A stretch of DNA of 64,000 nt from Candidatus Curtissbacteria bacterium RIFCSPHIGHO2_12_FULL_41_17 (GCA_001774945.1 MFBL01000015.1:529-64528); one strand, 5' to 3'. Counted from the first letter of the stretch, positions 15,398 through 25,718 are shown. The notes: generated by a model not told the origin, from the letters alone. Made by a program: numbers and translations.

Positions 15398-17167
15398 GTG
15401 AAATCAGGTGAGCTTCGGCAAAAATTCTTGAAGTTTTTTGAGGACCGCGGGCATAAAATTATTCCTTCAGCTTCCCTTGTTCCACCCGAATCTGTCGAGC
15501 TTGCACCAACCCAGAGAGTTCTATTTACTACAGCCGGGATGCATCCACTGGTGCCATATCTTTTGGGTCACCCTCACCCAGAAGGTAAACGTCTGGTTAA
15601 TGTCCAGAGGTGTCTTAGAACAGATGATATTGACGATGTTGGCGATGCCGTCCACAATACCTTTTTTGAAATGCTTGGCAACTGGTCTTTGGGCGACTAC
15701 TGGAAAAAAGAGGCAATTAGTTGGTCTTATCAATTTTTGGTTGATGTCCTCAAGCTTGATCCTAAAAGAATTTACGTTTCAGTTTTTGTCGGTGATGCCG
15801 ATGCCCCTTTTGACGAGGAATCGTATGAAATCTGGAAAAAGCTGGGGATGCCTCAAGACCATATTTTCCGTTACGGCAAAAATCAAAACTGGTGGGGACC
15901 AGTCGGCCCAGTTGGTCCGTGTGGTCCTGATACGGAAATGTTTTATGATCTTTCTCCTCAAAAATCAGGCAAGATTGATCCAACCGCCGACCCCAACCGC
16001 TTCGTCGAAATCTGGAACGATGTTTTTATGCAGTATGACAAGCAAGCTGATGGAACATTTAAATCTCTAAAACAAAAAAATGTCGACACAGGGATGGGCC
16101 TTGAGCGAATACTTGCGGTTCTAGCACTTGCACCGACGGTTTATGAGACGGATGTTTTTTTGCCATTAATGAAATTGATTGAGGATAAAGCGGCTAATTT
16201 TAATATTAAATCCGCAAGAATCATTGCCGACCACTTGCGGGCAAGTGTATTTTTGGCATCAGATGGAGTTATTCCTTCCAATGTTGAGAGAGGTTATGTT
16301 TTAAGACGCCTGATAAGAAGGGCTATTCGTCATGCTTATCTTGTTCAAATTGAAGGAGATTTTCTTAAGGATTGTACCAAGACCGTTGTCAAAATTTATG
16401 GGTCTTTTTATCCAAAACTTGTCGAGTTTGAAAAGTCGATTATTGATACCTTAACAATCGAAGAAAAAAAGTTTAAAAAAGCCTTAGCTTTCGGAATCAG
16501 ACAGTTTGAGAAAATTAAAGGAAATATTTCCGCAACAAACGCTTTTGATCTGTACCAAAATTACGGGTTTCCTATCGAGCTTACTGTTGAACTGGCGAAG
16601 GAAAGAAATAAAAAGGTAGACGTTTTAGGATTTGAAAAAGAGCTTAAAAAGCATCAAGAACTTTCAAAAAAAGCCGGCATCAAGACAAAAGGTGGCCTTG
16701 CTGTTCAATCAGATCGAGCCGCAAAACTCCATACAGCTACCCACCTTTTACATCAGGCTTTGCGAGATGTTTTAGGTAAACACGTTCATCAAACAGGATC
16801 ACATATCACAGAAGAAAGACTAAGATTTGATTTTTCCCACTTCGAAAAATTAACCGATGAACAAATAAGAAGAGCTGAAAATATCGTTAATGAAAAAATT
16901 AAAGAAAATCTTAAGGTCAATAAAAAAACGATGCCTAAAGAAGCGGCGGATGAACTTGGCGCAATCGGCCTTTTTGCCGAGAAATATAAAGACCTGGTAA
17001 ATGTTTACTATATTGGATCATCCAACGATATCAATAACGCATATTCTAAAGAGTTTTGTGGCGGTCCGCACGCCGTTTTAACCGGAGTACTTGGTTCATT
17101 TAAGATAATAAAAGAAGAGTCTGCAGGCGCAAACATTCGCCGAATTTATGCTACAATTAGTGGGTAA
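15398..17167 (+). CDS. alaS: alanine--tRNA ligase, short form (no C-Ala domain)
   Basis: The N-terminus LRQKFLKFFEDRGHKIIPSASLVP, then FTTAGM, WGP.GPCGPDTE, and the editing motifs HTATHLLH / CGGPH. 589 aa. Confidence 0.9.
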   Translation: MKSGELRQKFLKFFEDRGHKIIPSASLVPPESVELAPTQRVLFTTAGMHPLVPYLLGHPHPEGKRLVNVQRCLRTDDIDDVGDAVHNTFFEMLGNWSLGDYWKKEAISWSYQFLVDVLKLDPKRIYVSVFVGDADAPFDEESYEIWKKLGMPQDHIFRYGKNQNWWGPVGPVGPCGPDTEMFYDLSPQKSGKIDPTADPNRFVEIWNDVFMQYDKQADGTFKSLKQKNVDTGMGLERILAVLALAPTVYETDVFLPLMKLIEDKAANFNIKSARIIADHLRASVFLASDGVIPSNVERGYVLRRLIRRAIRHAYLVQIEGDFLKDCTKTVVKIYGSFYPKLVEFEKSIIDTLTIEEKKFKKALAFGIRQFEKIKGNISATNAFDLYQNYGFPIELTVELAKERNKKVDVLGFEKELKKHQELSKKAGIKTKGGLAVQSDRAAKLHTATHLLHQALRDVLGKHVHQTGSHITEERLRFDFSHFEKLTDEQIRRAENIVNEKIKENLKVNKKTMPKEAADELGAIGLFAEKYKDLVNVYYIGSSNDINNAYSKEFCGGPHAVLTGVLGSFKIIKEESAGANIRRIYATISG

Positions 17168-17169
17168 TT

Positions 17170-17871
17170 ATGGATCCAACTGCCCTCAACGATGATCCCA
17201 AAATAGGTGATAAAACACCAGATCCATCTGGTGACTCTCACACAAGTCCGATTCAGCCAGGGCAATTTGTAGTTGCGCAGGAAGAACCCGAAAGCGCAGC
17301 CGCAAATATTGGGTCGCCCCCGCAAAATCAGCCAGATTCAAATATATCAGGTCCAGTCCAAACCCAAACAGAGCCGCAAAATATACCCCCAAGTACTCCT
17401 CTGCCTTCGTCGGTTGCACCTACCCCGCCCGAAACTGCAGATCACTCACTGGCAAGTTCTCTCTCTACACCTCTTGCCGAAAGTACGAAGGTACAAACTC
17501 CACCGCCCCCAGAAAATGCGCCTAGCCAGCCGGATCCTACGCCATTTGTATCCCCACAACAGTCGCAAGATCCAGCTCAAATGGGCGGCGCGGATCAAAC
17601 CTCTAAAATTGAAAAATTTAAACTCGTACTGCTTGTAGGGGCTGCTTTAGTTTTAATTTTAATTATTGCTGCCCTTGTTTGGTTTTTCATTTTGAATAAA
17701 AAAGAAAAGGAGCCCGCCAAAACACAACTTCAGGAACAGGTTGAAGAGCCGCAGCTGCCTCCAAAAAGAACCACTGGCGGTTTTGGAGAACTGCCGCCGG
17801 CAACACCCGAGGCAACAGAATCTGCTAGTCCTTCGCCAGAATCGCAACCAACGGCTTCTCCAACGCAGTAG
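17170..17871 (+). CDS. proline-rich membrane-anchored protein (hypothetical)
   Basis: 233-aa ORF with P/Q/S-rich low complexity and one transmembrane helix (LVLLVGAALVLILIIAALVWFFIL). Confidence 0.55.
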   Translation: MDPTALNDDPKIGDKTPDPSGDSHTSPIQPGQFVVAQEEPESAAANIGSPPQNQPDSNISGPVQTQTEPQNIPPSTPLPSSVAPTPPETADHSLASSLSTPLAESTKVQTPPPPENAPSQPDPTPFVSPQQSQDPAQMGGADQTSKIEKFKLVLLVGAALVLILIIAALVWFFILNKKEKEPAKTQLQEQVEEPQLPPKRTTGGFGELPPATPEATESASPSPESQPTASPTQ

Positions 17872-17890
17872 TCACAAAGACTTGATATAA

Positions 17891-20146
17891 TTGGAATCGC
17901 TTGTGAAGCTACCGAACTTATTTGGCAATTTTTTTAAAAAAACTCAAGAGGAAGAAACAAATTACTTATCTCTGATTTTAACGCCCGCAGAAATCTTAGC
18001 ATCAATCTGGGAATTTGAAGTGGAAAATCCCAAGATAATCGGATTTGAAAAAAGATCTTTTACCACAATTGACAACTTAGTCCATCAGGCAGCAGTGACT
18101 ATTGATAAAGCAGCAAGTCTTGCCCAAAGTGACGTTTCGAAAGTCACATTTGGACTTAGTCACTTTTGGCTGGAAAATGGCCAACTAACTAAGGAAACTG
18201 CCAAAATTCTAAAAACTCTTTCGGAAGATTTAGAACTTGAAGCACAAGCTTATATTTCTCTAGCCTCTGCCATCAATCATTTATTGAAATTTGAGGATTC
18301 AATCACCCCCCAGGCAATTTTAATAGGCAACTTCGAGGATTTTTGTGAGGTTCATTTATTGGAGAAGAATCAAGTGATTGAGACAAAAATAGCCAAAGGA
18401 AAAGTCAACAGTGAAAAGTTAACTGCTCTTATCAGTCAATTTAAAAAAGAGGACAAGGATCTGCCTTCCCGGCTGATTTTTTATGGCAAAGAGCTCGCAG
18501 GCGAGTTTAAGGAAGATGCTTGGCAAAACTTATTCCAAGCGAAAAACTCCGACATTGATGCCCAAGATGAAAAGAGTTTTGAAGCGAGGAAGAGAGAACC
18601 ACGGCCGAAAGAATACGGGAATCTATTTATACATGAGCCCAAAATTGAATTCCTTCAAGATTCCCAACTGACCAAAGCAGTTGCCTTGTCTCAGGCACAA
18701 GACATATTAGGTCATGAGCCGATTTCAAAAGCTGCTTTGACCAATACAACTAAAATTCCAAAAACTGAACAGTTCGATTTTGTTGAAGGAGAAGACGTCT
18801 TATTGACCAGGGGCGCGAAAGACCCACAAACCGAAGAAAAAATTTCAGTTGACAAAGAAGAGGAAAAAGAGCAGCTGCCGATTGAAAGGGCTCATCCGTT
18901 CGAAAAAGAAAACTATGCTATTGAGCAAGAAGCACAAAATAAGGAAGATGTGCCCAGAGAAAATTTTATCGAAGTTGCCACTACTGTAGGCTGGATTCCT
19001 AAATTATTGAATATTTTTAAAAATAGACCATCCGCTAAAGTAATAGCGATTATATTGGGGGCCTTAATCGTCTTGGCGATCGCAGCAAGCTTTATTGTCG
19101 GTCAGTTTCTAACTACAGCCGATATTACTATTAAGGTCCAGTCAAAAAGCCTTGAAGATGATTTTAAAACCCAAGTTATTGCCCAAAATGCCAACTCATC
19201 CCAAATAAATGGCGAGGAAATTACGGCTGTAACGAATGGTGTTCAAAAAGCAGTGGCTACAGGAAAGAAAAAGATTGGTCAGGCGGCCAAAGGTGAGGCG
19301 ACAATTTTTAATATCACGTCTACCCCTAAGACTTTCCCAAAAGGGACTGTAATAATTACAAATAGTGGACTCAAGTTTACTTTAGACGAGGAAGTAGAAG
19401 CTACGTCAGCGGGTAAACCAGGACAGCCAAGCACAATAAAAGCGCATATCACCGCCAGTGAGGTAGGGCCGCAATATAATTTAGATCTCGGACAACAACT
19501 TTCTTTCACACAATTTGACGAATATTCTTATTGGGCACAGAATGACGCACCGTTTTCCGGTGGTGAAGAAAAAGAGGTGACTGTTGTTTCTAAAGACGAT
19601 CTGGATGGACTTTCTAAATCTCTAAAGGATACATTGACCGAGAAAGCAAAATCGCTTCTTAAAGAAAAGGCAACAAACAAAAATTTTGATGATCAGGCCC
19701 TTATTATTAAAGTTCTAAAATCAGAATTCGACAAAAAGCCGGACGAAGAAGCTTCTCTTGTCAATTTATCAATGGAAATTGAAGCCTCAGTGATTGTCTA
19801 TGACCAGATAAAACTTAAAGAAAATTTAGCCCAGTCTCTAAAAGACCAAGTGCCCGAAAATTCACAAATTAGAGCCCAAGACATTGAAATACTGGATTTA
19901 TCAACAACGAGAAATGATAACAGCCTTACTCTTGGCGGAAAATTTAAAGCATTATTGGTACCCAAATTTAATGAGGAAGAATTGAAAGGGAAAATTACCG
20001 GAAAAAGCCAAAAGACAGCAAGGTCAATTATTAAAGAAATACAGGAAGTTACGGATGTCGAATTTAAATATAGCCCGAATTTATCAATCACAAGTTCTAT
20101 CCCGCGAAATAGGTCAAAAATTAAATTCAATATCGAAGCGATATAA
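17891..20146 (+). CDS. large hypothetical membrane protein
   Basis: 751-aa ORF with a central transmembrane helix (VIAIILGALIVLAIAASFIVG). The N-terminal ~200 aa are loosely reminiscent of a PilM/FtsA-like fold, but this is not verifiable here. Confidence 0.6.
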   Translation: MESLVKLPNLFGNFFKKTQEEETNYLSLILTPAEILASIWEFEVENPKIIGFEKRSFTTIDNLVHQAAVTIDKAASLAQSDVSKVTFGLSHFWLENGQLTKETAKILKTLSEDLELEAQAYISLASAINHLLKFEDSITPQAILIGNFEDFCEVHLLEKNQVIETKIAKGKVNSEKLTALISQFKKEDKDLPSRLIFYGKELAGEFKEDAWQNLFQAKNSDIDAQDEKSFEARKREPRPKEYGNLFIHEPKIEFLQDSQLTKAVALSQAQDILGHEPISKAALTNTTKIPKTEQFDFVEGEDVLLTRGAKDPQTEEKISVDKEEEKEQLPIERAHPFEKENYAIEQEAQNKEDVPRENFIEVATTVGWIPKLLNIFKNRPSAKVIAIILGALIVLAIAASFIVGQFLTTADITIKVQSKSLEDDFKTQVIAQNANSSQINGEEITAVTNGVQKAVATGKKKIGQAAKGEATIFNITSTPKTFPKGTVIITNSGLKFTLDEEVEATSAGKPGQPSTIKAHITASEVGPQYNLDLGQQLSFTQFDEYSYWAQNDAPFSGGEEKEVTVVSKDDLDGLSKSLKDTLTEKAKSLLKEKATNKNFDDQALIIKVLKSEFDKKPDEEASLVNLSMEIEASVIVYDQIKLKENLAQSLKDQVPENSQIRAQDIEILDLSTTRNDNSLTLGGKFKALLVPKFNEEELKGKITGKSQKTARSIIKEIQEVTDVEFKYSPNLSITSSIPRNRSKIKFNIEAI

Positions 20147-20871
20147 TGGTGCAAGCAGTTTACGTTAAAGCAAAACCCAAGATTTTAGGACAAGCAAAAG
20201 ACACGAGACGGGATAGATATTTTTTTGCGCTAGTAAGTCTTATCGGGTTGTCTGCGATTATTTTTGCCGCCTGGCCCATACTGATTTGGCAAATAACAAC
20301 ACTCCCTAGATTAACAGCAGGAGTTAATAGGTTGCCGATCCCCAAAAGTGAAGTTCTTTCGGCAAAATCAACCTTGGAATCAAACGTTCAGGTTGTCAAA
20401 GATCCTGACGGTTTTTCCTATTTCGTACCGACGAATTTAGTAATAGAAGAAAAGGACAGACCAACGGAATTTTATCTTTCCATTCCCAAACTTAAAATTT
20501 TTAAGGCGAAAGTAAAGGTAGATAATCTTAATTTTTATAGCTCGCTTTCCCATTTTCCAAATTCAGCGCTTCCCGGGGAAGTAGGCAATAGCTTTATAAC
20601 AGGACATTCTGTCCTTCCTCAATTTTATGACCCAACTAATTACCTGACCATTTTTTCTAAACTTTCTGATTTAGAAATCGGAGATGATGTGATTGCCGAA
20701 CTTGGTGGAAATAAATTTCAGTATACAGTTGGCTATTCAAAAATTGTTGACCCCCATGATCTTTCAGTACTTTCTAAAATATCTCCAAATGGACGCAACT
20801 TAACATTAATGACATGCGTTCCTCCGGGAGCAAATACCAAAAGATTAGTTGTAGTGACTTCTCTCTTATGA
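20146..20871 (+). CDS. sortase-family transpeptidase
   Basis: N-terminal transmembrane helix, catalytic His context (SFITGHS), the TLMTCVPPG (TLxTC) motif, and a downstream Arg (KRLVVV). Confidence 0.8.
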   Translation: MVQAVYVKAKPKILGQAKDTRRDRYFFALVSLIGLSAIIFAAWPILIWQITTLPRLTAGVNRLPIPKSEVLSAKSTLESNVQVVKDPDGFSYFVPTNLVIEEKDRPTEFYLSIPKLKIFKAKVKVDNLNFYSSLSHFPNSALPGEVGNSFITGHSVLPQFYDPTNYLTIFSKLSDLEIGDDVIAELGGNKFQYTVGYSKIVDPHDLSVLSKISPNGRNLTLMTCVPPGANTKRLVVVTSLL

Positions 20872-21257
20872 GATTTATTGGTATTGATTTAGGAAGAAGG
20901 TCAACAGGAATTGCGGTCTCGGAGGGTAAGTTTGCACAGCCGTACACAACAATAACTCATGCAAATACTAAAGAGGCACAAGAAAAGGTTGCCAAATTAA
21001 TTAAAAGTCTAAATGGTCAAAAAGTGGTAATTGGTTATGTTGAGGGCAAAATCGCCAAATTATTTGGGAATTTTGCAAGTGGCCTTAAGAAGAAAATGCC
21101 CAATATCGATATAATTTTGCACGATGAAACATTAACCTCTAGACAAGCGCAAGATACTATGATTAAACTTGGAATCGGTAAATTTCGCCGAAGAAAAAAA
21201 GAACATGAAATAGCTGCTGCAATTATTCTGCAAAGCTATTTACAAAGTAATGATTAA
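20868..21257 (+). CDS. ruvX: putative pre-16S rRNA nuclease / Holliday junction resolvase-like YqgF
   Basis: MRFIGIDLGRRSTGIAVSEG is the YqgF N-terminal signature. The ATG overlaps the sortase stop (ATGA). The ORF-track start at 20814 is an upstream extension inside the sortase gene. Confidence 0.8.
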   Translation: MRFIGIDLGRRSTGIAVSEGKFAQPYTTITHANTKEAQEKVAKLIKSLNGQKVVIGYVEGKIAKLFGNFASGLKKKMPNIDIILHDETLTSRQAQDTMIKLGIGKFRRRKKEHEIAAAIILQSYLQSND

Positions 21258-21456
21258 AAGACTTCTTGCTCCAGTTCAGGCTTGGATACTCCTGCAGGGT
21301 AAATGCCCGGGCTGTGGTAAACATTTATCATTAGGTCGAAAGTTTGAAAGATCAGACAATAGCCAAAAAATTATTTGTTCCTGCGGAAGGATTTATATTT
21401 TTGACAAACGCAAAGGAAAATATAGAAGAGCGGCTTTTACGGAGGCAGGAAATTGA
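21250..21456 (+). CDS. small zinc-ribbon protein (hypothetical)
   Basis: 68 aa with CPGCG ... CSCG cysteine pairs. Tightly coupled to its neighbours through overlapping stop/start codons. Confidence 0.5.
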   Translation: MIKRLLAPVQAWILLQGKCPGCGKHLSLGRKFERSDNSQKIICSCGRIYIFDKRKGKYRRAAFTEAGN

Positions 21457-22445
21457 TCAAAAAAAGATTTTTCGCATTTGCGATACTTTTTGTTTTATTA
21501 ATTATCGCGCCAATAGCACTTAGCCAGTATTACAATTATCTGCTTAAATCGAAATCGCAGGACCAAACACCTAAAATTTTTGTAGTCACACCCGGCCAGC
21601 CAGTTTCACAAATAGCTAAAAATTTACAAGAAGAAGGATTGGTTAAGAACGCTTTTGCCTTCAGATTACTAGTTTCGCAAATGGGAATTGGTAAGAATAT
21701 TCAGGCTGGCGATTTTAGGCTATCGAGCAGTCTTTCTTCAAGAGAAATTGCCACTCTTTTAACGCATGGGGCAATTGACGTTTGGGTGACAATTCCCGAA
21801 GGTATGAGGGTCGAGGAACAGGCTCAAAAAATTGAACAAGTTTTAAAATTCGGCTCAAATGACAAATACCAGTTTGATAAAAGCAAGTACATAAAAACAG
21901 CCGAAGAAGGGTATATGTTTCCCGATACTTACCTGATTCCCAAAGATGCAACTGCCCATGATGTAGCTGCCAAGCTCAAGAATACTTTTGATCAAAAAGT
22001 TCCAATAGCTGTTCTTGACAAAGGAACTGAAATTAATTTGACACCAAAAGAGGTCGTCATTTTAGCATCTTTGGTTGAAAGGGAAGCAAAAAATAATGAG
22101 GAAAGGCAACTGATTGCCGGCGTACTTGTCAATAGACTGAAAGCAGGTATTGCTCTTCAGGTTGATGCTACTGTCCAGTACGCCAAAGGTTATGATAGCG
22201 CCAAAAACACATGGTGGCCTTTTATAAATTCGAGTGATTACCAAACTGTTCAATCTCCCTACAATACCTATCTTTTCGCAGGTTTACCGCCTTTGCCAAT
22301 TGCCAGTCCGGGTTTGGAGTCAATTAGGGCTGCAGCAAATCCTGCTCAAACAGAATATTTTTATTATCTCCATGATAGTGACGGCAATATCCACTTTGCA
22401 AAAACAATAGAAGAACATAATCAAAATATCCAAAAGTTTCTCTAA
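21453..22445 (+). CDS. mltG: endolytic murein transglycosylase MltG (YceG-like)
   Basis: N-terminal transmembrane helix, then ILASLVEREAK, VLVNRLKAGIALQVDATVQY and SPYNTYLFAGLPPLPIASPG, which are YceG family signatures. Confidence 0.88.
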   Translation: MIKKRFFAFAILFVLLIIAPIALSQYYNYLLKSKSQDQTPKIFVVTPGQPVSQIAKNLQEEGLVKNAFAFRLLVSQMGIGKNIQAGDFRLSSSLSSREIATLLTHGAIDVWVTIPEGMRVEEQAQKIEQVLKFGSNDKYQFDKSKYIKTAEEGYMFPDTYLIPKDATAHDVAAKLKNTFDQKVPIAVLDKGTEINLTPKEVVILASLVEREAKNNEERQLIAGVLVNRLKAGIALQVDATVQYAKGYDSAKNTWWPFINSSDYQTVQSPYNTYLFAGLPPLPIASPGLESIRAAANPAQTEYFYYLHDSDGNIHFAKTIEEHNQNIQKFL

Positions 22446-22760
22446 GCAGTCCGAATCCCGAAGGTCCTAAGGAACACAGTGACGAAGGGCGCCCCAAACC
22501 TCCCTAATCTTGCCACCATCTCTTTCTCCCAGCTAATCCACTTCTGGAGTGGATGTAACAGAATAAACTGCTATTTTGGATTGCAAGTCATATCCTTCGA
22601 GGACTATTCCCGAGATACGAGATATAAATCCAATGACCTTAAAAACCCGGTAGATTATCTAATTACGAGAGGGGGAATGTCTAAAATGACTATACTCTAT
22701 ACAAAAACTTGATTTTTGCTCCCTTTTATGCTACAAGTTTACATCCGAAAAGGAAGCTGA

Positions 22761-23264
22761 ATGCCGGAACTAAAAGGTACGACATTTACTGCAGAAGAAA
22801 GCAGAGGCGTTGCTCTTGAAGCCCTGGCTAAAGCAGAGGCCATATCTTTAAGTGGAGAACCTGATAGAGCACAAGGTGAATACGAAGATATAATACGGTT
22901 TTGTGAAGACAATCGAATTACAGCAACCCATCCTTATTTGAAAGCAGTATTTAATTTGGCCGGTCTTTTTGTAAGCGGAGGGAGATTAGAAGAAGCAAGG
23001 GATTTGCTTCATGGTAAAGGCAAGATTGAACCGGTATTGGGAGAACAGTTTGAACTTCACGAAACCTTAGGTAAAATCGAGCAAGGACTTGGCAATATGG
23101 AAGCCGCAAAATCTTCTTATCGAAAGGCAATTGATCTTGGGAAACAAAAGGGAAGGAGCCTTTCCTCGGTTGTTTTGCCACTTTGTGATATCTTAAGCCA
23201 AGAAGAAGAATTTGAAGAAGCCTATTTGGCGCTCCGAAATAACTTACCTTATATATCTGAATAA
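22761..23264 (+). CDS. TPR-like repeat protein (hypothetical)
   Basis: 167 aa of helical-repeat sequence (GNMEAAKSSYRKAIDLGKQKG, EEFEEAYLALRN). Confidence 0.55.
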   Translation: MPELKGTTFTAEESRGVALEALAKAEAISLSGEPDRAQGEYEDIIRFCEDNRITATHPYLKAVFNLAGLFVSGGRLEEARDLLHGKGKIEPVLGEQFELHETLGKIEQGLGNMEAAKSSYRKAIDLGKQKGRSLSSVVLPLCDILSQEEEFEEAYLALRNNLPYISE

Positions 23265-23403
23265 GTTTCAATCCCCTCCTGATTTTTGGACAATTATTGA
23301 ACCTAATTTTCCTGGTTCCAATTGAACTTCAATTTAAATGACTCTGTGTTCAAAAATCACCCCGTAGTTTGATTTTTTAGCTTCGAGTAGTATAATTCTC
23401 CCT

Positions 23404-23712
23404 ATGTCTGAACAAGAACCAATAGAATACAAATCTAAAGAGTTTGAGATATTAGGAGAGCGTTTTACCGGTGTTTGCGATAGCTACGGCTTAGAACCCA
23501 GGCATTCAGCACTAATTGATGCTGTTTTGACTGAATTTTCAGGCAGGCCAGCAGAAATTGTCGGGAAACTGAATGCTTTGGTAGAAAAAATTGGCGATGA
23601 TCCACAGAAGAAGGATATTGCTGCTGCCTTGGTTGAGATTAGTCATGCTTACATAGAAAGACACCCTATTTCTCCGATGGGAAGGTTCGCCAGACGTTCG
23701 GGTTCAAATTAA
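23404..23712 (+). CDS. hypothetical protein
   Basis: 102-aa ORF. No recognisable motif. Confidence 0.45.
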   Translation: MSEQEPIEYKSKEFEILGERFTGVCDSYGLEPRHSALIDAVLTEFSGRPAEIVGKLNALVEKIGDDPQKKDIAAALVEISHAYIERHPISPMGRFARRSGSN

Positions 23713-23817
23713 AGAGAATGTTTTGTCCGACAAGCGCCCCGTCACAAAAACACCGGCTCAAACTCTTCTTCCGTTTCTAGAAAATACGTCCGAAGTGAGC
23801 TAATATTCGGGAGCCAA

Positions 23818-24390
23818 ATGAAATTAGATCAAAAAAGCAGATTAAAACAGCTTCAAGATGCCTCAGAACTTTTATCTGATTCCCTCGAAAAGATTGAGTC
23901 TGGTGATTCTAAGTACTTAGTTGTTTTAGGCACTCAGTTGAGAGCGTTAATTTGCACAGGGGGGAGAACCTTTAACCCACTCCTGTTAGATCTTTCCGAG
24001 GAACTGAATAAACCAATAGAATGTTTTGGACCACCAGACAAAAATCCCAATGACCCTTTGTTTAATGGCTTAGTTTTAGGTTTTCCTGGGCGATTAATTG
24101 GCTTCGAGCCATATTCTCCGGCTCAACGAAAATATCTATTAAAGGATTGGTTAAATGCTAATGTTTTAGTGGTAGGTGGTTTATTCTATACTCCAAACGA
24201 AGTTCTGAGATCATTTGCTGATAAAGAAGCCAGTCATTACGATCCTAAGTCAGACTCCAGGATGGATAAGCTTAGGGGTATCATACATCACAACTATTTC
24301 CAGGGAAGAAACATAAACGAGATAGATAGATTTCTTATTCAAACAGCAGAATTTGTAGTTGGAAGCACAAAGGAATTACTAACACTCTAA
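23818..24390 (+). CDS. hypothetical protein
   Basis: 190-aa ORF. No recognisable motif. Confidence 0.5.
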   Translation: MKLDQKSRLKQLQDASELLSDSLEKIESGDSKYLVVLGTQLRALICTGGRTFNPLLLDLSEELNKPIECFGPPDKNPNDPLFNGLVLGFPGRLIGFEPYSPAQRKYLLKDWLNANVLVVGGLFYTPNEVLRSFADKEASHYDPKSDSRMDKLRGIIHHNYFQGRNINEIDRFLIQTAEFVVGSTKELLTL

Positions 24391-24569
24391 TAATAGGTTC
24401 GATGTTGTCTATTAGGTAGAGCTAAGTTGTTCTTAATATAACCTCAAATTTCAGCAAAAAGAGGGTGTGCCAAGCTAGGTCACATTGAAGGTGGTTTAGA
24501 TGGTTTAGAGGTTTAGAGTTTTTTTATGATGGCTGCAAATTATAAAGTGTAGTTCGAAAATCGTCTTGT

Positions 24570-24578
24570 TGCTATAAT
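24570..24578 (+). promoter_or_regulatory. extended -10 promoter element (TGCTATAAT) for the EEP gene
   Basis: TGnTATAAT at 24570-24578, 15 nt upstream of the ATG at 24593. There is no obvious SD, which suggests a very short leader. Confidence 0.4.
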
Positions 24579-24592
24579 TACACATAATTGAT

Positions 24593-25282
24593 ATGCAACT
24601 TAAGGTTTTGTCTTGGAACATCTGGATAAAAGGGTACTTTGACCAAATTGCGGATTTTTTGAAAGGTTCAGGGGCAGACATTATTGGTTTACAGGAAGTA
24701 TCGCCCGATGATCCTACAAGAGATGTTGTAGATTTTCTTGACAAGTTAGGTTATCAACATGCTTTTGCTCCGTTTAAACATACTTGGAGAGGCAAAGTAT
24801 TTAACGACGGCCCGGCGATCTTTAGTAAATACAAAATTCGCAAAACCCAAACTTATATATTATCTAAGAAAAATGGCAGGGTTGCGGTCAGAGCTGACAT
24901 TCTGGTCGGTGAGGAAACATTACACGTATTTAGCACCCACCTTATCCATACCCATCAGAAGCCATCTAAAGTGCAAGATGAGCAAGCAATGACTCTTATC
25001 AGTAAGTTGCCGAAAGAGCATGTCATTGTAATAGGAGATTTTAATGCTACAGGGGAAAGCTCAGTCATTAAGAATATGCGAAAAGTTCTTTTAGACTGCG
25101 ATCCGGCTTCTAAACCAACTTGGAGCATGTATAAAGAGGGATGTTTGGTATGTTACCCCGGCGGAGTGAAAATTCGCCTCGATTACATCTTTACTACGAA
25201 AGATATTAAGGCAAATTCATTCAAAGTTGAAGATTCAAAAGCTTCTGATCATTTGCCCATTTCAGTTATGATTGAGGTATAA
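24593..25282 (+). CDS. endonuclease/exonuclease/phosphatase (EEP) family protein
   Basis: Motifs LKVLSWNIW, IIGLQEV, FSTHL, VIGDFNA and SDHLPI occur in the canonical EEP order. Confidence 0.85.
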   Translation: MQLKVLSWNIWIKGYFDQIADFLKGSGADIIGLQEVSPDDPTRDVVDFLDKLGYQHAFAPFKHTWRGKVFNDGPAIFSKYKIRKTQTYILSKKNGRVAVRADILVGEETLHVFSTHLIHTHQKPSKVQDEQAMTLISKLPKEHVIVIGDFNATGESSVIKNMRKVLLDCDPASKPTWSMYKEGCLVCYPGGVKIRLDYIFTTKDIKANSFKVEDSKASDHLPISVMIEV

Positions 25283-25373
25283 AACAAGTTCTAACTTCGT
25301 CGCGTCGTCCTCGAAACTTTAGCGAAGCGGACCACGAGGCGGAACTTAGTAGTTCTTACTCGAACCCCGCAGA

Positions 25374-25430
25374 TGGTATAATTTCTTCAAAATATAATAT
25401 CTTGTAATTTGTATTACATTGTAATATAAT
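25374..25430 (+). promoter_or_regulatory. putative brnTA promoter/operator
   Basis: TGGTATAAT (extended -10) at 25374-25382, direct TTGTAAT repeats at 25402 and 25419, and the palindrome TATTACA-T-TGTAATA at 25412-25426, directly before the ATG. Confidence 0.4.
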
Positions 25431-25718
25431 ATGACTCGAATAGTAATTAAGGAACTAATTTGGAATAAGCGGAACCTTGAGCATATCAAGAAGCATAATG
25501 TCACCGTTGATGAGGTAGAAAGTATAGCTAGAAAAATAGTAGTTCACAAAAAAGCCAAGCAAGGAAGATACTCAATTGTTGGTAGAGTTGGTTCAAGAAT
25601 TATAACAGTGATTATTAACAGAATCGGGCCAGGGATTTATTATCCAGTGACAGCAAGAGATGCAGCTAAGAAAGAAAGGAAGCGCATATATGAAAAAGAA
25701 AAAAAGCAAATTTCCTGA
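25431..25718 (+). CDS. brnT: BrnT-like (DUF497) type II toxin
   Basis: 95 aa. ELIWNKRNLEHIKKHNVTVDEVESI ... ITVIINRIG...YPVTARDAAKKERKRY matches the BrnT pattern. Overlaps the downstream antitoxin gene. Confidence 0.7.
   Translation: MTRIVIKELIWNKRNLEHIKKHNVTVDEVESIARKIVVHKKAKQGRYSIVGRVGSRIITVIINRIGPGIYYPVTARDAAKKERKRIYEKEKKQIS

Noticed and set aside
15438-16070. 210-aa alternative-frame ORF inside alaS
   Set aside because: It is on the same strand but out of frame with the alaS reading frame, which carries the canonical class II and editing motifs.
22479-22712. 77-aa ORF in the gap after mltG
   Set aside because: It has a GTG start without an SD. It begins inside a GC-rich repeat and has no recognisable fold or motif. 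It was treated as non-coding, so the region remains unexplained.
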